From Solirubrobacteraceae bacterium (GTDB lineage: Bacteria; Actinomycetota; Thermoleophilia; Solirubrobacterales; Solirubrobacteraceae): a stretch of DNA of 64,000 nucleotides. The notes under the pieces were generated by a model. The model did no database searches. It saw only the letters and a list, made by a program, of their open reading frames with translations, and was not told the origin of the DNA. The position numbers and the translations under genes were made by a program. The DNA is taken from NCBI GenBank assembly GCA_035542555.1, contig DATKLF010000112.1, positions 25,487 through 89,486 of the forward strand. The letters run 5' to 3'. How positions within the stretch are numbered: position 1 is the first letter of the stretch; each line of letters begins with the position of its first letter. Shown here in pieces: positions 8,324 to 17,118 of the stretch.

Positions 8324-8473
8324 ACACCCCGAGCGTCCCTGGTTGCCGCCCGGGCAAGGCAGTCCGGGACGTTCGGGGTGCGCGGCGGCCGGGGACGCAC
8401 ACCCCGAGCGTCCCTGGTTGCCGCCTGGGCGAGGCAGTCCGGGACGTTCGCGGTGCGCGGTGGCCGGGGACGC
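8324..8473 (+). repeat. Two tandem 75-bp units of a palindromic REP-like element (CCGAGCGTCCCTGGTTGCCGCC...CCGGGACGTTCG)
   Basis: Units start at 8324 and 8399 and are near-identical. Each contains the imperfect inverted repeat GAGCGTCCC/GGGACGTTC. The site is a convergent intergenic region. Confidence 0.85.
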
Positions 8474-8485
8474 CGGCGGCGCGCG

Positions 8486-9685
8486 TCAGCCGACCGTCTC
8501 CGGGAACGGCAGCGCGATCGGGTCGGTCGCGAGCGCGCTGTTGCCGCGCTCGTCGAAGCGCTCGGGCCCGAGGATCAAGGCGTCGGTGACCCCGGTGGAG
8601 CCGTGCAGCGCCAGGTCGGCCGCGATCCGGGCGATGGCGGGGCCCCACATCATCCCGTGGCCGCCGGGCGAGGCGACGGTGACGCCGGCGAGCGGCTCGC
8701 GCCCAGGTCCGAGCGCCGAGCCGAGGATCGGCAGGTGGTCGGGGGTGTAGTCGATCGTCGCCGTCCAGACGCGCCGCAGGTCGAGCCCGGCGGTGACCGG
8801 AACGAGCTCGGCCAAGCGCGCACGGATCGCACGCAGGTGCCCCCAGTCGATCTCGCGCGCCTCACCGGGCTTCTCGACCGGGTTGCTCATCCCGAAGAGG
8901 ATCCCGCCCTCCTCCTGGCGCCAGTACAAGCCGGTCGACAGCTCGAAGGCCATCGGCAGCGGATTGCCGCCAAGCGCGGGGTGCGGGCTCGTCACCGCGA
9001 TCTGGTGGCGGGCGCCGCCGACCGGTGCCGCCGGCCCGCCGGTGAGCGCCGTCAGCGCGCCCTGCCCGACGCCGCCGGCGAGGATCACCCGTTCGGTGGC
9101 GATCGTGCCGCCCGCGGTCTGCACGCCGGTCACGCGCCCGCCCTCGATCCGCAGACCCGTCGCGGGGGTGCGCTCGCGCAGGTCGACGCCCGCCGCCTTC
9201 AGCGCCACGGTGTAGGCGAGCACGTTGCGCGGCGGGTCGATCGCGCCGTCTTCGGCGCAGTACGTCGCGCCCGTGATGCGCGCGGGATCCAGCACCGGCA
9301 GCAGCGCCGCGGCGTCCTCGGCGCTCACCCAGCGCGAGTCCAGGCCGCGCTCGCGCTGCATCGCCAGGCGCTCGCGCGCGGCCGCCTCGTCGGCCGCGTC
9401 GAAGGCGAGGACCAGGTAGCCGAGCGTGCGAAAGCCGCTGTCGATGCCGTAGCGCTCGTGCTGGCCGCGGTAGAACGCGGTGGTCCAGCGCGCGAGGTCG
9501 ACGGCCGTGGGCGTGCCGCCCTGCGTGCGCACGATCCCCGCCGCGCGCGAGCTCGCGCCCGTGCCGGCGGTGCCCGCGTCGAGCACGAGCACGCGGGCGG
9601 CGCCCTGCTCGGCGGCGAACACGGCGGCCCAGCCTCCGATGGTCCCGGCACCTATGACGACAAGGTCTGCGCGCTCTTCCGGCAT
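8486..9685 (-). CDS. FAD-dependent oxidoreductase (DAO / sarcosine-oxidase-beta-like)
   Basis: Start at MPEERADLVVIGAGTIGGWAAVFAAEQG (Rossmann GxGxxG), preceded by GAGGAGGGG. The longer ORF extends to 9850. Confidence 0.7.
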   Translation of the reverse strand: MPEERADLVVIGAGTIGGWAAVFAAEQGAARVLVLDAGTAGTGASSRAAGIVRTQGGTPTAVDLARWTTAFYRGQHERYGIDSGFRTLGYLVLAFDAADEAAARERLAMQRERGLDSRWVSAEDAAALLPVLDPARITGATYCAEDGAIDPPRNVLAYTVALKAAGVDLRERTPATGLRIEGGRVTGVQTAGGTIATERVILAGGVGQGALTALTGGPAAPVGGARHQIAVTSPHPALGGNPLPMAFELSTGLYWRQEEGGILFGMSNPVEKPGEAREIDWGHLRAIRARLAELVPVTAGLDLRRVWTATIDYTPDHLPILGSALGPGREPLAGVTVASPGGHGMMWGPAIARIAADLALHGSTGVTDALILGPERFDERGNSALATDPIALPFPETVG

Positions 9686-9705
9686 TCCGGCCCCTCCTCG
9701 CTCGG

Positions 9706-9752
9706 CGAACGTCCCGGAGCATGCCCTATAGGCGGCAGCCAGGGACGCTCGG
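9706..9752 (+). repeat. Single copy of the palindromic REP-like element (CGAACGTCCCGG...TATAGGCGGCAGCCAGGGACGCTCGG)
   Basis: Inverted orientation relative to the 8324 units and the same orientation as the 50985 copy. It lies in the divergent intergenic region. Confidence 0.75.
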
Positions 9753-9870
9753 CGGGCGGGAGGGGGCGCCGGGCGTGCGCCGGGCGGTACCCTTCGGCGC
9801 CGCTCGGGCGCGCTGGAGCTGCGCGCCGCCCGTCGTGTCCCCACCGTCACGCAAGGAGACGCTCCCCGAC

Positions 9871-11880
9871 ATGTTCGTGTTCAAGGCCGCCGTCGTCGGT
9901 GCGGGGACGATGGGTGGCCAGATCGCCCAGACGATCGCCGCCGCCGGCATCCCCGTCGTCATGAAGGACGTCCGTCAGGAGCTCGTCGACCACGGCCTGG
10001 CCGAGGCGCGGCAGGTCACCGAGGGGCAGGTCGCGGGCCTGGTGAAGAAGGGCAGGCTGACCGAGGAGCAGGCGGCGGCGCAGGTCGACGCCGTTCTTGG
10101 GCTGATCACGGGCACGACGACCTACGAGGGCTTCGGCGACGTCGACTTCGTGATCGAGGCCGTGCCGGAGCGGATGGAGATCAAGCAGGCGGTCTTCGCC
10201 GAGCTCGACGCCTGCACCCCCGGCCACGCGATCCTCGCGTCGAACACCTCGTCGCTGTCGATCACGGAGATCGGCGAGGCCACGCTGCGCCCGGAGAAGG
10301 TCGTTGGCTTCCACTACTTCTACCCGGCCTCGGTGATGCCGCTGATCGAGATCATCGAGGGCGACGACACCTCGCCCGAGACGCTCGGCGCCGCAGTGAC
10401 CTTCGCCCAGACGATCAAGAAGCAGCCGATCACCTGCGCCGAGGTGCCGGGCTTCGTGGTCAACCGGATCCTGAACTCCGGGGTCGGCGAGGTCTGGCGC
10501 GAGCAGGAGGAGAACGGCCTGTCGATCAAGCTCATCGACGAGGGCATCGGCGGCGCGAACGTCACGCCGATGGGCCCCTACTTCCTCATCAACCTGCTCG
10601 GCCTGGACACGGTGCTGCACGTCGCCGAGCACCTGAACGAGTCCTACGGCGATCGCTTCTACGTCCCCAAGGGGATGCAGCGCCTGGTCGCCGAGGGCAA
10701 GCTCGGGGCGAAGACCGGCGGGGACGGCTTCTACTCGCCGACCGGCGAGCCGAACCTCGAGGGCGACGCCGCGCCGGACATCGACGAGCTCGTCAACATG
10801 CTGACGCTCAAGACGTTCGTCGAGGCGTGCCTTGTCCTGGAGGAGGGCGTCGCCACCCACCGCGACATCGACTTCGGGATGATGGCCGGCGCCGGGCTGG
10901 ACCCGCGCCGCGGGATCCTGCCGCCGTTCATGCGCGCCGACGTCGAGGGCCTGGACACGATCCTGGAGCGCCTGGAGGCCGCGGAGGAGCGCTACGGCGA
11001 GCGCTTCGCCCCGCCGGTGATCCTGCGCCGGCTCGTCGCGCAGGGCCGCCTGGGCACGAAGACCGGCCAGGGCTTCTACGCCTACCCGCAGCCCGACGGC
11101 GAGCAGCCCGCCGGCGAGAGCGCGGTGGTGAAGCTCGAGTCGCGCGGTGAGGTCGCGATCGCCTGGCTCGCCAACGGCCAGATGAACTCGATCGCCCCGC
11201 AGGTGATCGCCGACCTGCGCGCGGTCTTCGACGCCGTCACGGCGGCCGGCGTGCGCGCGCTCGTCGTGGCCTCGTCGAACCCGATGCTCTACAGCGCCGG
11301 GGCGGACATCAAGGCATTCACGCAGCTGGACGAGGCCGGCGGGCGCGAGCTGATCGACGCCGCGCACGGGCTGCTGCGCGAGATGGGCCGCTCGAGCGTC
11401 GTCACGATCGCCGCGGTCAACGGGCTGGCCTTCGGCGGCGGCTGCGAGCTGGCGATGGCCTGCGACCTGCGCATCGCCGCGCAGTCGGCGCTCTTCGGCC
11501 AGCCGGAGGTCAAGCTCGGGATCATCCCCGGCTTCGGCGGCACCCAGCGGCTCCCGCGACTGGTCGGGGAGAGCAAGGCGCTCGAGATGAACCTCGTCGG
11601 CGACCCGATCTCCGCCGCCGAGGCCTACGAGTACGGGCTCGTGAACCGCGTGGTCGTCGACCACGAGCTGCTCGACACCGCGCTGGCGTTCGCACGCCGG
11701 CTGGCCGAGCAGGCGCCGCTCGCCGTCGAGGCGATCAAGCAGGTCTCGATGCAGGGCGACCTGGACGAGGGCATCGAGGCCGAGAAGGGCGCCTTCGTGC
11801 GCGTCTTCCAGTCGGCCGATGCCAAGGAGGGGATCGGCGCCTTCCTGGGCAAGCGCAAGCCGGTGTGGAAGGGCCAGTAG
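9871..11880 (+). CDS. Bifunctional 3-hydroxyacyl-CoA dehydrogenase / enoyl-CoA hydratase (FadB-like)
   Basis: ATG at 9871 after AAGGAG. N-terminal [13 protein letters not shown] (HAD domain). C-terminal [23 protein letters not shown] (crotonase fold). Confidence 0.8.
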   Translation: MFVFKAAVVGAGTMGGQIAQTIAAAGIPVVMKDVRQELVDHGLAEARQVTEGQVAGLVKKGRLTEEQAAAQVDAVLGLITGTTTYEGFGDVDFVIEAVPERMEIKQAVFAELDACTPGHAILASNTSSLSITEIGEATLRPEKVVGFHYFYPASVMPLIEIIEGDDTSPETLGAAVTFAQTIKKQPITCAEVPGFVVNRILNSGVGEVWREQEENGLSIKLIDEGIGGANVTPMGPYFLINLLGLDTVLHVAEHLNESYGDRFYVPKGMQRLVAEGKLGAKTGGDGFYSPTGEPNLEGDAAPDIDELVNMLTLKTFVEACLVLEEGVATHRDIDFGMMAGAGLDPRRGILPPFMRADVEGLDTILERLEAAEERYGERFAPPVILRRLVAQGRLGTKTGQGFYAYPQPDGEQPAGESAVVKLESRGEVAIAWLANGQMNSIAPQVIADLRAVFDAVTAAGVRALVVASSNPMLYSAGADIKAFTQLDEAGGRELIDAAHGLLREMGRSSVVTIAAVNGLAFGGGCELAMACDLRIAAQSALFGQPEVKLGIIPGFGGTQRLPRLVGESKALEMNLVGDPISAAEAYEYGLVNRVVVDHELLDTALAFARRLAEQAPLAVEAIKQVSMQGDLDEGIEAEKGAFVRVFQSADAKEGIGAFLGKRKPVWKGQ

Positions 11881-11890
11881 TGTCGACGCG

Positions 11891-12652
11891 ATGGCTGCGA
11901 CCACCGCCACATCACGCATCGCGCAGCTCGCAGGCCTGATCCGCGCAGCGCGCTCGGTCGTGGCGCTCACCGGCGCGGGCATCTCCGTGCCGTCGGGCAT
12001 CCCGGACTTCCGCACCCCCGGGACCGGGCTGTGGGCGAACGTCGACCCGATGGAGGTCGCCCACATCGACGCCTGGCGCGCGAACCCCGAGCGCTTCTGG
12101 CGCTTCTACGGCCAGCGCTTCCAGACGCTCGAGGACAAGGAGCCCAACGGCGCCCACCACGCGCTCGTCGAGCTGGAGCGCCGCGGCGTCCTGACGGCGG
12201 TCATCACGCAGAACATCGACATGCTCCACCGCAAGGCGGGCACGCGCGAGCTCGTCGAGGTGCACGGGACGATCGAGCACGCCTCCTGCCTGGCGTGCGG
12301 CGCGCAGTACCCGCTGGGCGAGACACGCCGGCGGCTGGCCGCCGACGAGCGGGGCATTCCGCGCTGCGCCTGCGCGGCGCCGCTGAAGCCCGACGTCGTG
12401 CTGTTCGGCGAGTACCTGCCGGAGGGCGCGCTCGAGCGCGCGCACGAGCTGGCCGCCGGGGCCGACGTCCTGCTGTGCATCGGCAGCTCGCTGGAGGTGC
12501 ACCCGGTCGCGCAGCTGCCCGGCGTCACGCGCGCGGCCGGCGGCGCCGTCGCGATCATCACCCAGGGCCCGACGCCGTTCGACCAGCACGCGGCCGTGAA
12601 GCTCGACGGCGACGTGGTGGCCGAGCTGCAGGCGCTGCTGGCGGCGCTCTAG
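11891..12652 (+). CDS. cobB: NAD-dependent protein deacylase (Sir2/CobB)
   Basis: GAGISVPSGIPDFR, ITQNIDMLHRKAG, and Cys pairs CLACG...CAC for the Zn module. Confidence 0.8.
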   Translation: MAATTATSRIAQLAGLIRAARSVVALTGAGISVPSGIPDFRTPGTGLWANVDPMEVAHIDAWRANPERFWRFYGQRFQTLEDKEPNGAHHALVELERRGVLTAVITQNIDMLHRKAGTRELVEVHGTIEHASCLACGAQYPLGETRRRLAADERGIPRCACAAPLKPDVVLFGEYLPEGALERAHELAAGADVLLCIGSSLEVHPVAQLPGVTRAAGGAVAIITQGPTPFDQHAAVKLDGDVVAELQALLAAL

Positions 12653-12655
12653 CGG

Positions 12656-13507
12656 CTATCCCATCGCCACCTGCGTGCGCGCCCGCAGCGCCGCCTCGAC
12701 CTGCCCGAGCACCGCGTCCGCCCGGGCGATCTGCTCGTCGTCGAGGCCGCCCTCGAGCGCCGCGTTCGCGATCCGCCCGACGGCCTGGCGCTGCTCGCGC
12801 AGGGCGGCGATGCGCGCCTCGAGGTCGCCCTGCCCGCTCCAGGGCTGCAGCTCGGCGATCGCGGCCTCGAGCGCGACGCGCAGCTGGAAGGCGGCCTCGC
12901 GCCAGCGCCCGGCGTCGGCGTCCTCGCGCGCGCGCAACGCCAGGTCCTCGCAGGCGAGGGCGACGTCGCGCGCGCCGAGGATCGCGGCAAGGCGCTCCTG
13001 CGGGCGCAGCACGCTCTCGCGCCTGCCGCGCGCGCGGGCGGGGGGCACCTCGACGGCGCGCGCCCAGCGCCCGTCGGCGACCTGCTCGCCGGCACCCACG
13101 CCGACGCGCACGACGAGCGCCTGCGCGCGCGTCACCGGCCGCACGCTGGGGTCGGCCGCCGCGATGCGGTGCGCATGGAGCACCGCGTTGAGCACGCCGA
13201 CCGCACGGTCGGCCTCGACCTCGAGGTCGGCGCCTGCGAGCCAGCGCTCGCCGGGACCCTCGAGCGGCCTGGCCGCGACGAGTGTCGCGCGCGCGGTGAG
13301 GACCGGCGCGGGCGGCGGCTCGGGCGCGGCCGCGCGGGTGCGCCGGCGCCCGAGCAGCCGGCGCTGCGGGGCACCGAGCGTGCGGAGCACGAGGATGAAC
13401 GCGGGCTCCCCGGCGTGTCCGCGGACGACGTAGCGCCCGTCGGCCGGGCCGAGCGCCCAGGGGAGCTCGAGCTGGACGAAGCGGAAGAGTGCCTCGGTGT
13501 CCGTCAC
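12656..13507 (-). CDS. Hypothetical protein (283 aa)
   Basis: Long ORF co-oriented with and 46 bp downstream of the large hydrolase gene. No motif recognised. Confidence 0.45.
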   Translation of the reverse strand: MTDTEALFRFVQLELPWALGPADGRYVVRGHAGEPAFILVLRTLGAPQRRLLGRRRTRAAAPEPPPAPVLTARATLVAARPLEGPGERWLAGADLEVEADRAVGVLNAVLHAHRIAAADPSVRPVTRAQALVVRVGVGAGEQVADGRWARAVEVPPARARGRRESVLRPQERLAAILGARDVALACEDLALRAREDADAGRWREAAFQLRVALEAAIAELQPWSGQGDLEARIAALREQRQAVGRIANAALEGGLDDEQIARADAVLGQVEAALRARTQVAMG

Positions 13508-13553
13508 CGGCCGCGCGCGCGGCCCGTCCGTGGGCGTGGGTCGGTGATCTCCA

Positions 13554-16500
13554 TCAAAGTCCCGGTGGGTGGCGCACGACGAACCCGGCCGTTGATCTCC
13601 CGGTGTCGCTCCAGCGCGTCCCGTAGGAGGGGAGGTTGCCGGTGTCGTAGCGCCAGCCGCCGATGACCATGAACGTGTGGACGGCGTTCGCGTAGATCGT
13701 GATCCAGCGTCCGGGCCCGGGCGCGCCGTAGCTCTCCAGGTCGCCGGAGGTCAGCGGCTGGTTCAGCAGCCCGGCGCCGTGGAGGACGTAGGAGACCGAC
13801 CCCGAGCAGTCGTAGCCGGGCGCCGCGAAGCTCTCGTGGCCGCCGCCCCAGATGTAGGGGAAGTCGGCGATCAGGTCGGCGGCGTCGACGGCGGCGGTCA
13901 CCTGCGGCGGTGTGGGCCCCCCCGACGTTGAGCGCGCGGCCGAGGCGCGCCGGCGGGCCGCCGCCACCTGCCCGGCGTCGATGATCGTCGGATTCCTGAT
14001 CTGCTCCAGGCCGTTGATGAGCCGGTCCCACTGGCTGGGCTTCAGCGCGCTCGTGTCGCTCACCGACTCGTGGAAGCCGACGTGGATGTGGTCCCAGTGG
14101 TCGGGCAGGGCGAGCGTGTTGTCGGTGCCGGGGTATTGCATGAGCGTGATGATCTGGTGGGGCTTCATCGCGCCCTGCAGCGTGAGCAGTTGACGCACGA
14201 CCTTGTCCGTGAGCGAGCCGGGGCCCTGGTGGCCGGCGATCGGGGTGCCGTTGATCGCGGCGATGTCGACGGCGTCGCCGGTGCTGTGCTCGGAGATGTT
14301 GCCGCTCGTCGTGTACAGGCTGTGCCCGCACTTCAGCGCGGTCACGGTCGGGTCCATCCCGCGCGAGACGAGGAACTCGAGCGTGGCGAGCACGCGCCGG
14401 TCGATCGCGCCGGCCTCGATGTCCTGGCGCCCGCAGTCGTAGATCTTGATGTGCGGGTTGGCGAGCACGTGCCGCGCGAGTTGGTCCTTGCTCATCAGCA
14501 GGATCTGGCCGGTGGTGAGGCGGTCGGAGACGCTCGCGGTGTGCACCAGCGGGTTGCGCGCGCGGTAGATCGCCGTCTCGTCGAGCAGCCGCCAGCCGTC
14601 GAGGATCGGCTTGGGGTCGATCCGTGGGCTGTTGCGCCCGGCCGGGCGGATCTCGAAGTACAGGTGCGGCACTCGTGCGACGTGGAGCTTGGCGGCGGCC
14701 TTGCGCGCCGCCGCGCGGTCGCCGGCGCCGCTGCCGGCGGTGCGCCGCAGCGACGCCATGCCGACCCGGCCGATGATCGTGCCGGCGATGACCTTCGCCC
14801 CGGGGCGCAGCGGGCGCAGGACGTAGTCGCCCTGCTTGAGGCCGAGCGGCTTGCTTGTGAAGTAGGCCTTGTAGGTCGAGGTGTCGAGCTTCGGCGCGGC
14901 GGCAGCGATCTGCGCCATCGCGAGCTTCGCGTAGGCGCGCAGCCGGATGTACAGCGGCGGGCGCCCGCCGCTGTCGGCGGCCGCGTCGAGCGTCGCGTCC
15001 GGGGTCGTCGCGAGTCCGCGCATGAGCGCGGCGCTGGTCGTGGTCGTCGCGGGGATGCTGACCGCCGGCGCGCTGACGGCGGCACCGGCCGTGGCGGCCG
15101 GCGCGTCGGTCGCCGCGACGGTCGTCGCCGGCGCGTCGCCGGTGAGCGGCGCGGCCGTGCCGCCCGGGTGCTGGGTGGTGAAGACGGGCGCCGCGACGCC
15201 GGTCGCGTTCGCCGCGCTCGTCGGCGGCGTCTGGGCCAGCGGCGCGGCCGACAGCGTCTGCGTCGTCGCCTTGGCCGACGTCGACGTGGTCTGCCTGCCG
15301 GCCGTCGCGGGGCTCGTGGGCTTGGGGTCCTTGCCGTCGAGGCCGAGCTCGCGGCGGATCTCGCGCTCGCTCTCGGTGCGCGGGCGCGGCACCGGGAGCA
15401 GGCGCGCGACCTTCGCCAGGTGGGCGTAGGTGTAGGTGTTGCCGTAGGCGTCGCGCAGGCGCACGTAGCGCCCGAGGCGCCGGCTCTCGCCGACGGAGAC
15501 GACGGTCGAGTCCTGCACCGCCACGACGGGCGAGCCGGGCCGGGCGTAGATGCGCATGCCGCGCCGCGTCGCGCTGCTCCCGATCGTCAGCGCCGCGTTG
15601 CCGGCGCGCACGCGGTGGCGGGTCGACGTGTCGAGCCGGCCAGCGTAGGTCGAGAAGGCGGCGATCGGGAAGCGCCCGAGCGTCAGCCCGGAGAGCGAGT
15701 CGATGACCTCCGCCGGGATCGTGCTGAGCGCGCGCGCCCTGGCCAGCACGTCGTCGACGTACCACTGGGCGTGGTTGTAGGAGAAGATCGCCTTCTGCAG
15801 GCTCTGGCCGGCGCCGGCCGCCTTGAGGTAGCGGGCCGCTGTGAAGATCGCGTCGACGGGGTTGTAGGGGTCCTTGCGGCCGTCGCGGTTGGCATCGACG
15901 CCGTAGGTCCGCCAGGTGCCCGGCATGAACTGCATCCAGCCCTCGGCGCCGGCGGTGCTGACGCTGAGGTTGCGCCCGTAGTCCGTCTCGATGGCGTTGA
16001 TCGCGGCGAGGACCTCCCAGCTGACGCTGTACTCCATGCCGGCGGCCTGGTAGATCGGCAGCAGGAACGGCGGCACGCTGAAGCGGTCGAGCACGATGTT
16101 CGGGACGCTGTGGGCGGTCGCGATCGGGGCGCCGGTGAACGGCAGCGTGCCGCTACCGCCTACGGCGCCGGTCGACTGCGGCGCGGTGGTCGTGCTGCCG
16201 CCCTTCAGCAGGCTGCTCGGTGGGGGTGGCGGGCTCGAGTCGTCGGGCCCGACGTGCCCCGAGTCGGGAGACGTACGACGCTTCCTGGGCTTTCGAGTCT
16301 TAGTCTTACCCTCGACTTGAGACTTAGGCTTAGCCTTCTCCTGCTCGACGGGCTGCGGTTCCTGCGTCCCCGAGCTGGGCGCGTCGGTCTGCGGCGTGGC
16401 CGAGGTGTCCACGGTGGGTGCCGGCTGACCGGCGGGTGCGCTCTGGTCGGGCGCCGGGGTCGCGGGCGTGGTCTGCTCGCCTGCGGGCGCCGCCGGCGCG

Positions 16501-16739
16501 CTCTGGCCGGCCGGGGGGGTGGTCGTGTCCGTCGGCGTCGTCGCCGTCTGCTGGTCGCTCGCGCTCGCGCTGTCCGACGAGGCGCACGCGGGGTCGCTGG
16601 TCGCGGTGGCGCCGGCCGCGCTGCAGGCGGCCGCGCTCGCGGTGCCCGCGTCCGCGCGCGCGGGCGCGGGCGACCCCGCGACGACCACGGCGGCGACGAG
16701 GGCCGTGAGGATCGCGATGAGCAGCGTGCGCGTCTGCAT
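13554..16739 (-). CDS. Secreted multi-domain peptidoglycan hydrolase (SLT lytic transglycosylase + split/degenerate M23 + LAS/M15 metallopeptidase + NlpC/P60)
   Basis: - Start at MQTRTLLIAILTALVAAVVVAGSPAPARA (16739).
- SLT: AINAIETDYG...AGAEGWMQFMPGTWRTYG.
- M23-like: PGSPVVAVQDSTVVSVG...RLRDAYGNTYTYAHL, then later GAKVIAGTIIGRVG...HLYFEIRPAG.
- M15/LAS: SEHSTGDAVDIAA and DHWDHIHVGF.
- NlpC/P60: YIWGGGHESFAAPGYDCSGSVSYVLH...HTFMVIG. Confidence 0.8.
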   Translation of the reverse strand: MQTRTLLIAILTALVAAVVVAGSPAPARADAGTASAAACSAAGATATSDPACASSDSASASDQQTATTPTDTTTPPAGQSAPAAPAGEQTTPATPAPDQSAPAGQPAPTVDTSATPQTDAPSSGTQEPQPVEQEKAKPKSQVEGKTKTRKPRKRRTSPDSGHVGPDDSSPPPPPSSLLKGGSTTTAPQSTGAVGGSGTLPFTGAPIATAHSVPNIVLDRFSVPPFLLPIYQAAGMEYSVSWEVLAAINAIETDYGRNLSVSTAGAEGWMQFMPGTWRTYGVDANRDGRKDPYNPVDAIFTAARYLKAAGAGQSLQKAIFSYNHAQWYVDDVLARARALSTIPAEVIDSLSGLTLGRFPIAAFSTYAGRLDTSTRHRVRAGNAALTIGSSATRRGMRIYARPGSPVVAVQDSTVVSVGESRRLGRYVRLRDAYGNTYTYAHLAKVARLLPVPRPRTESEREIRRELGLDGKDPKPTSPATAGRQTTSTSAKATTQTLSAAPLAQTPPTSAANATGVAAPVFTTQHPGGTAAPLTGDAPATTVAATDAPAATAGAAVSAPAVSIPATTTTSAALMRGLATTPDATLDAAADSGGRPPLYIRLRAYAKLAMAQIAAAAPKLDTSTYKAYFTSKPLGLKQGDYVLRPLRPGAKVIAGTIIGRVGMASLRRTAGSGAGDRAAARKAAAKLHVARVPHLYFEIRPAGRNSPRIDPKPILDGWRLLDETAIYRARNPLVHTASVSDRLTTGQILLMSKDQLARHVLANPHIKIYDCGRQDIEAGAIDRRVLATLEFLVSRGMDPTVTALKCGHSLYTTSGNISEHSTGDAVDIAAINGTPIAGHQGPGSLTDKVVRQLLTLQGAMKPHQIITLMQYPGTDNTLALPDHWDHIHVGFHESVSDTSALKPSQWDRLINGLEQIRNPTIIDAGQVAAARRRASAARSTSGGPTPPQVTAAVDAADLIADFPYIWGGGHESFAAPGYDCSGSVSYVLHGAGLLNQPLTSGDLESYGAPGPGRWITIYANAVHTFMVIGGWRYDTGNLPSYGTRWSDTGRSTAGFVVRHPPGL

Positions 16740-16992
16740 CCGGTGCCTGGCGCCCACAGCCGATCCCGCGCCAGACGGGGACCACCGGAGCAGCGCGAAC
16801 GTATCAGTCGCGAAGGACCGCAGAATCAGGGCACGCAGCGCGCGAGCGGGGATGGGGGGCGGGGAAAGCAAGTTGACGGAACTCGTGGAGGGTCGGACGT
16901 CCGAAGACCGAGCCGTGCGTTCCACTTCGGCCGAAACGGCCCAGCGCTTGACCCCGGAACGTCCGATTGATGCAGGACATCGCGAAACCTGG

Positions 16993-17021
16993 CTAAGTCA
17001 GACCCTTGAGTTGAGACTTAG
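16993..17021 (-). other. Low-GC hairpin CTAAGTC-N15-GACTTAG in the long leader of the hydrolase gene
   Basis: 7-bp perfect stem read directly from the sequence. It is part of a 21-nt segment (17002..17022) that recurs with 2 mismatches inside the hydrolase CDS (16308..16328). Confidence 0.4.
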
Positions 17022-17118
17022 GGTTATCCACGGTTGACCGTAATGGGTGAGGGATCGTGCGGGTCGCGCCGAGCCGGTACCGTTCCCGCGACGGCACCGA
17101 GCGAGCGGAGGGACGACG

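Noticed and set aside
8324-8473. Possible CRISPR or tRNA-like structure in the 75-bp tandem repeat
   Set aside because: There are only two abutting copies, so no repeat-spacer architecture. No cloverleaf and no GTTCGAATC-type T-loop. It fits a REP-like palindromic element better.
11891-12652. Sir2 domain as an anti-phage defence effector (Thoeris/DSR-like)
   Set aside because: It is a stand-alone sirtuin of about 250 aa with the canonical GAGIS...QNID motifs and Zn-binding Cys pairs. There are no partner genes such as TIR or pAgo, and no N-terminal sensor domain. It is consistent with a housekeeping CobB deacylase.
16740-17118. c-di-AMP (ydaO/yuaA) riboswitch call as an annotated feature
   Set aside because: I found only a partial resemblance: GGGGUCAAGC versus GGGGUGAAUC. 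I could not find the conserved ...CCGA..CCG.CAGCU.ACCUCGUA.GCG core on the minus-strand leader. It is kept as a hypothesis in the findings, not as a feature.
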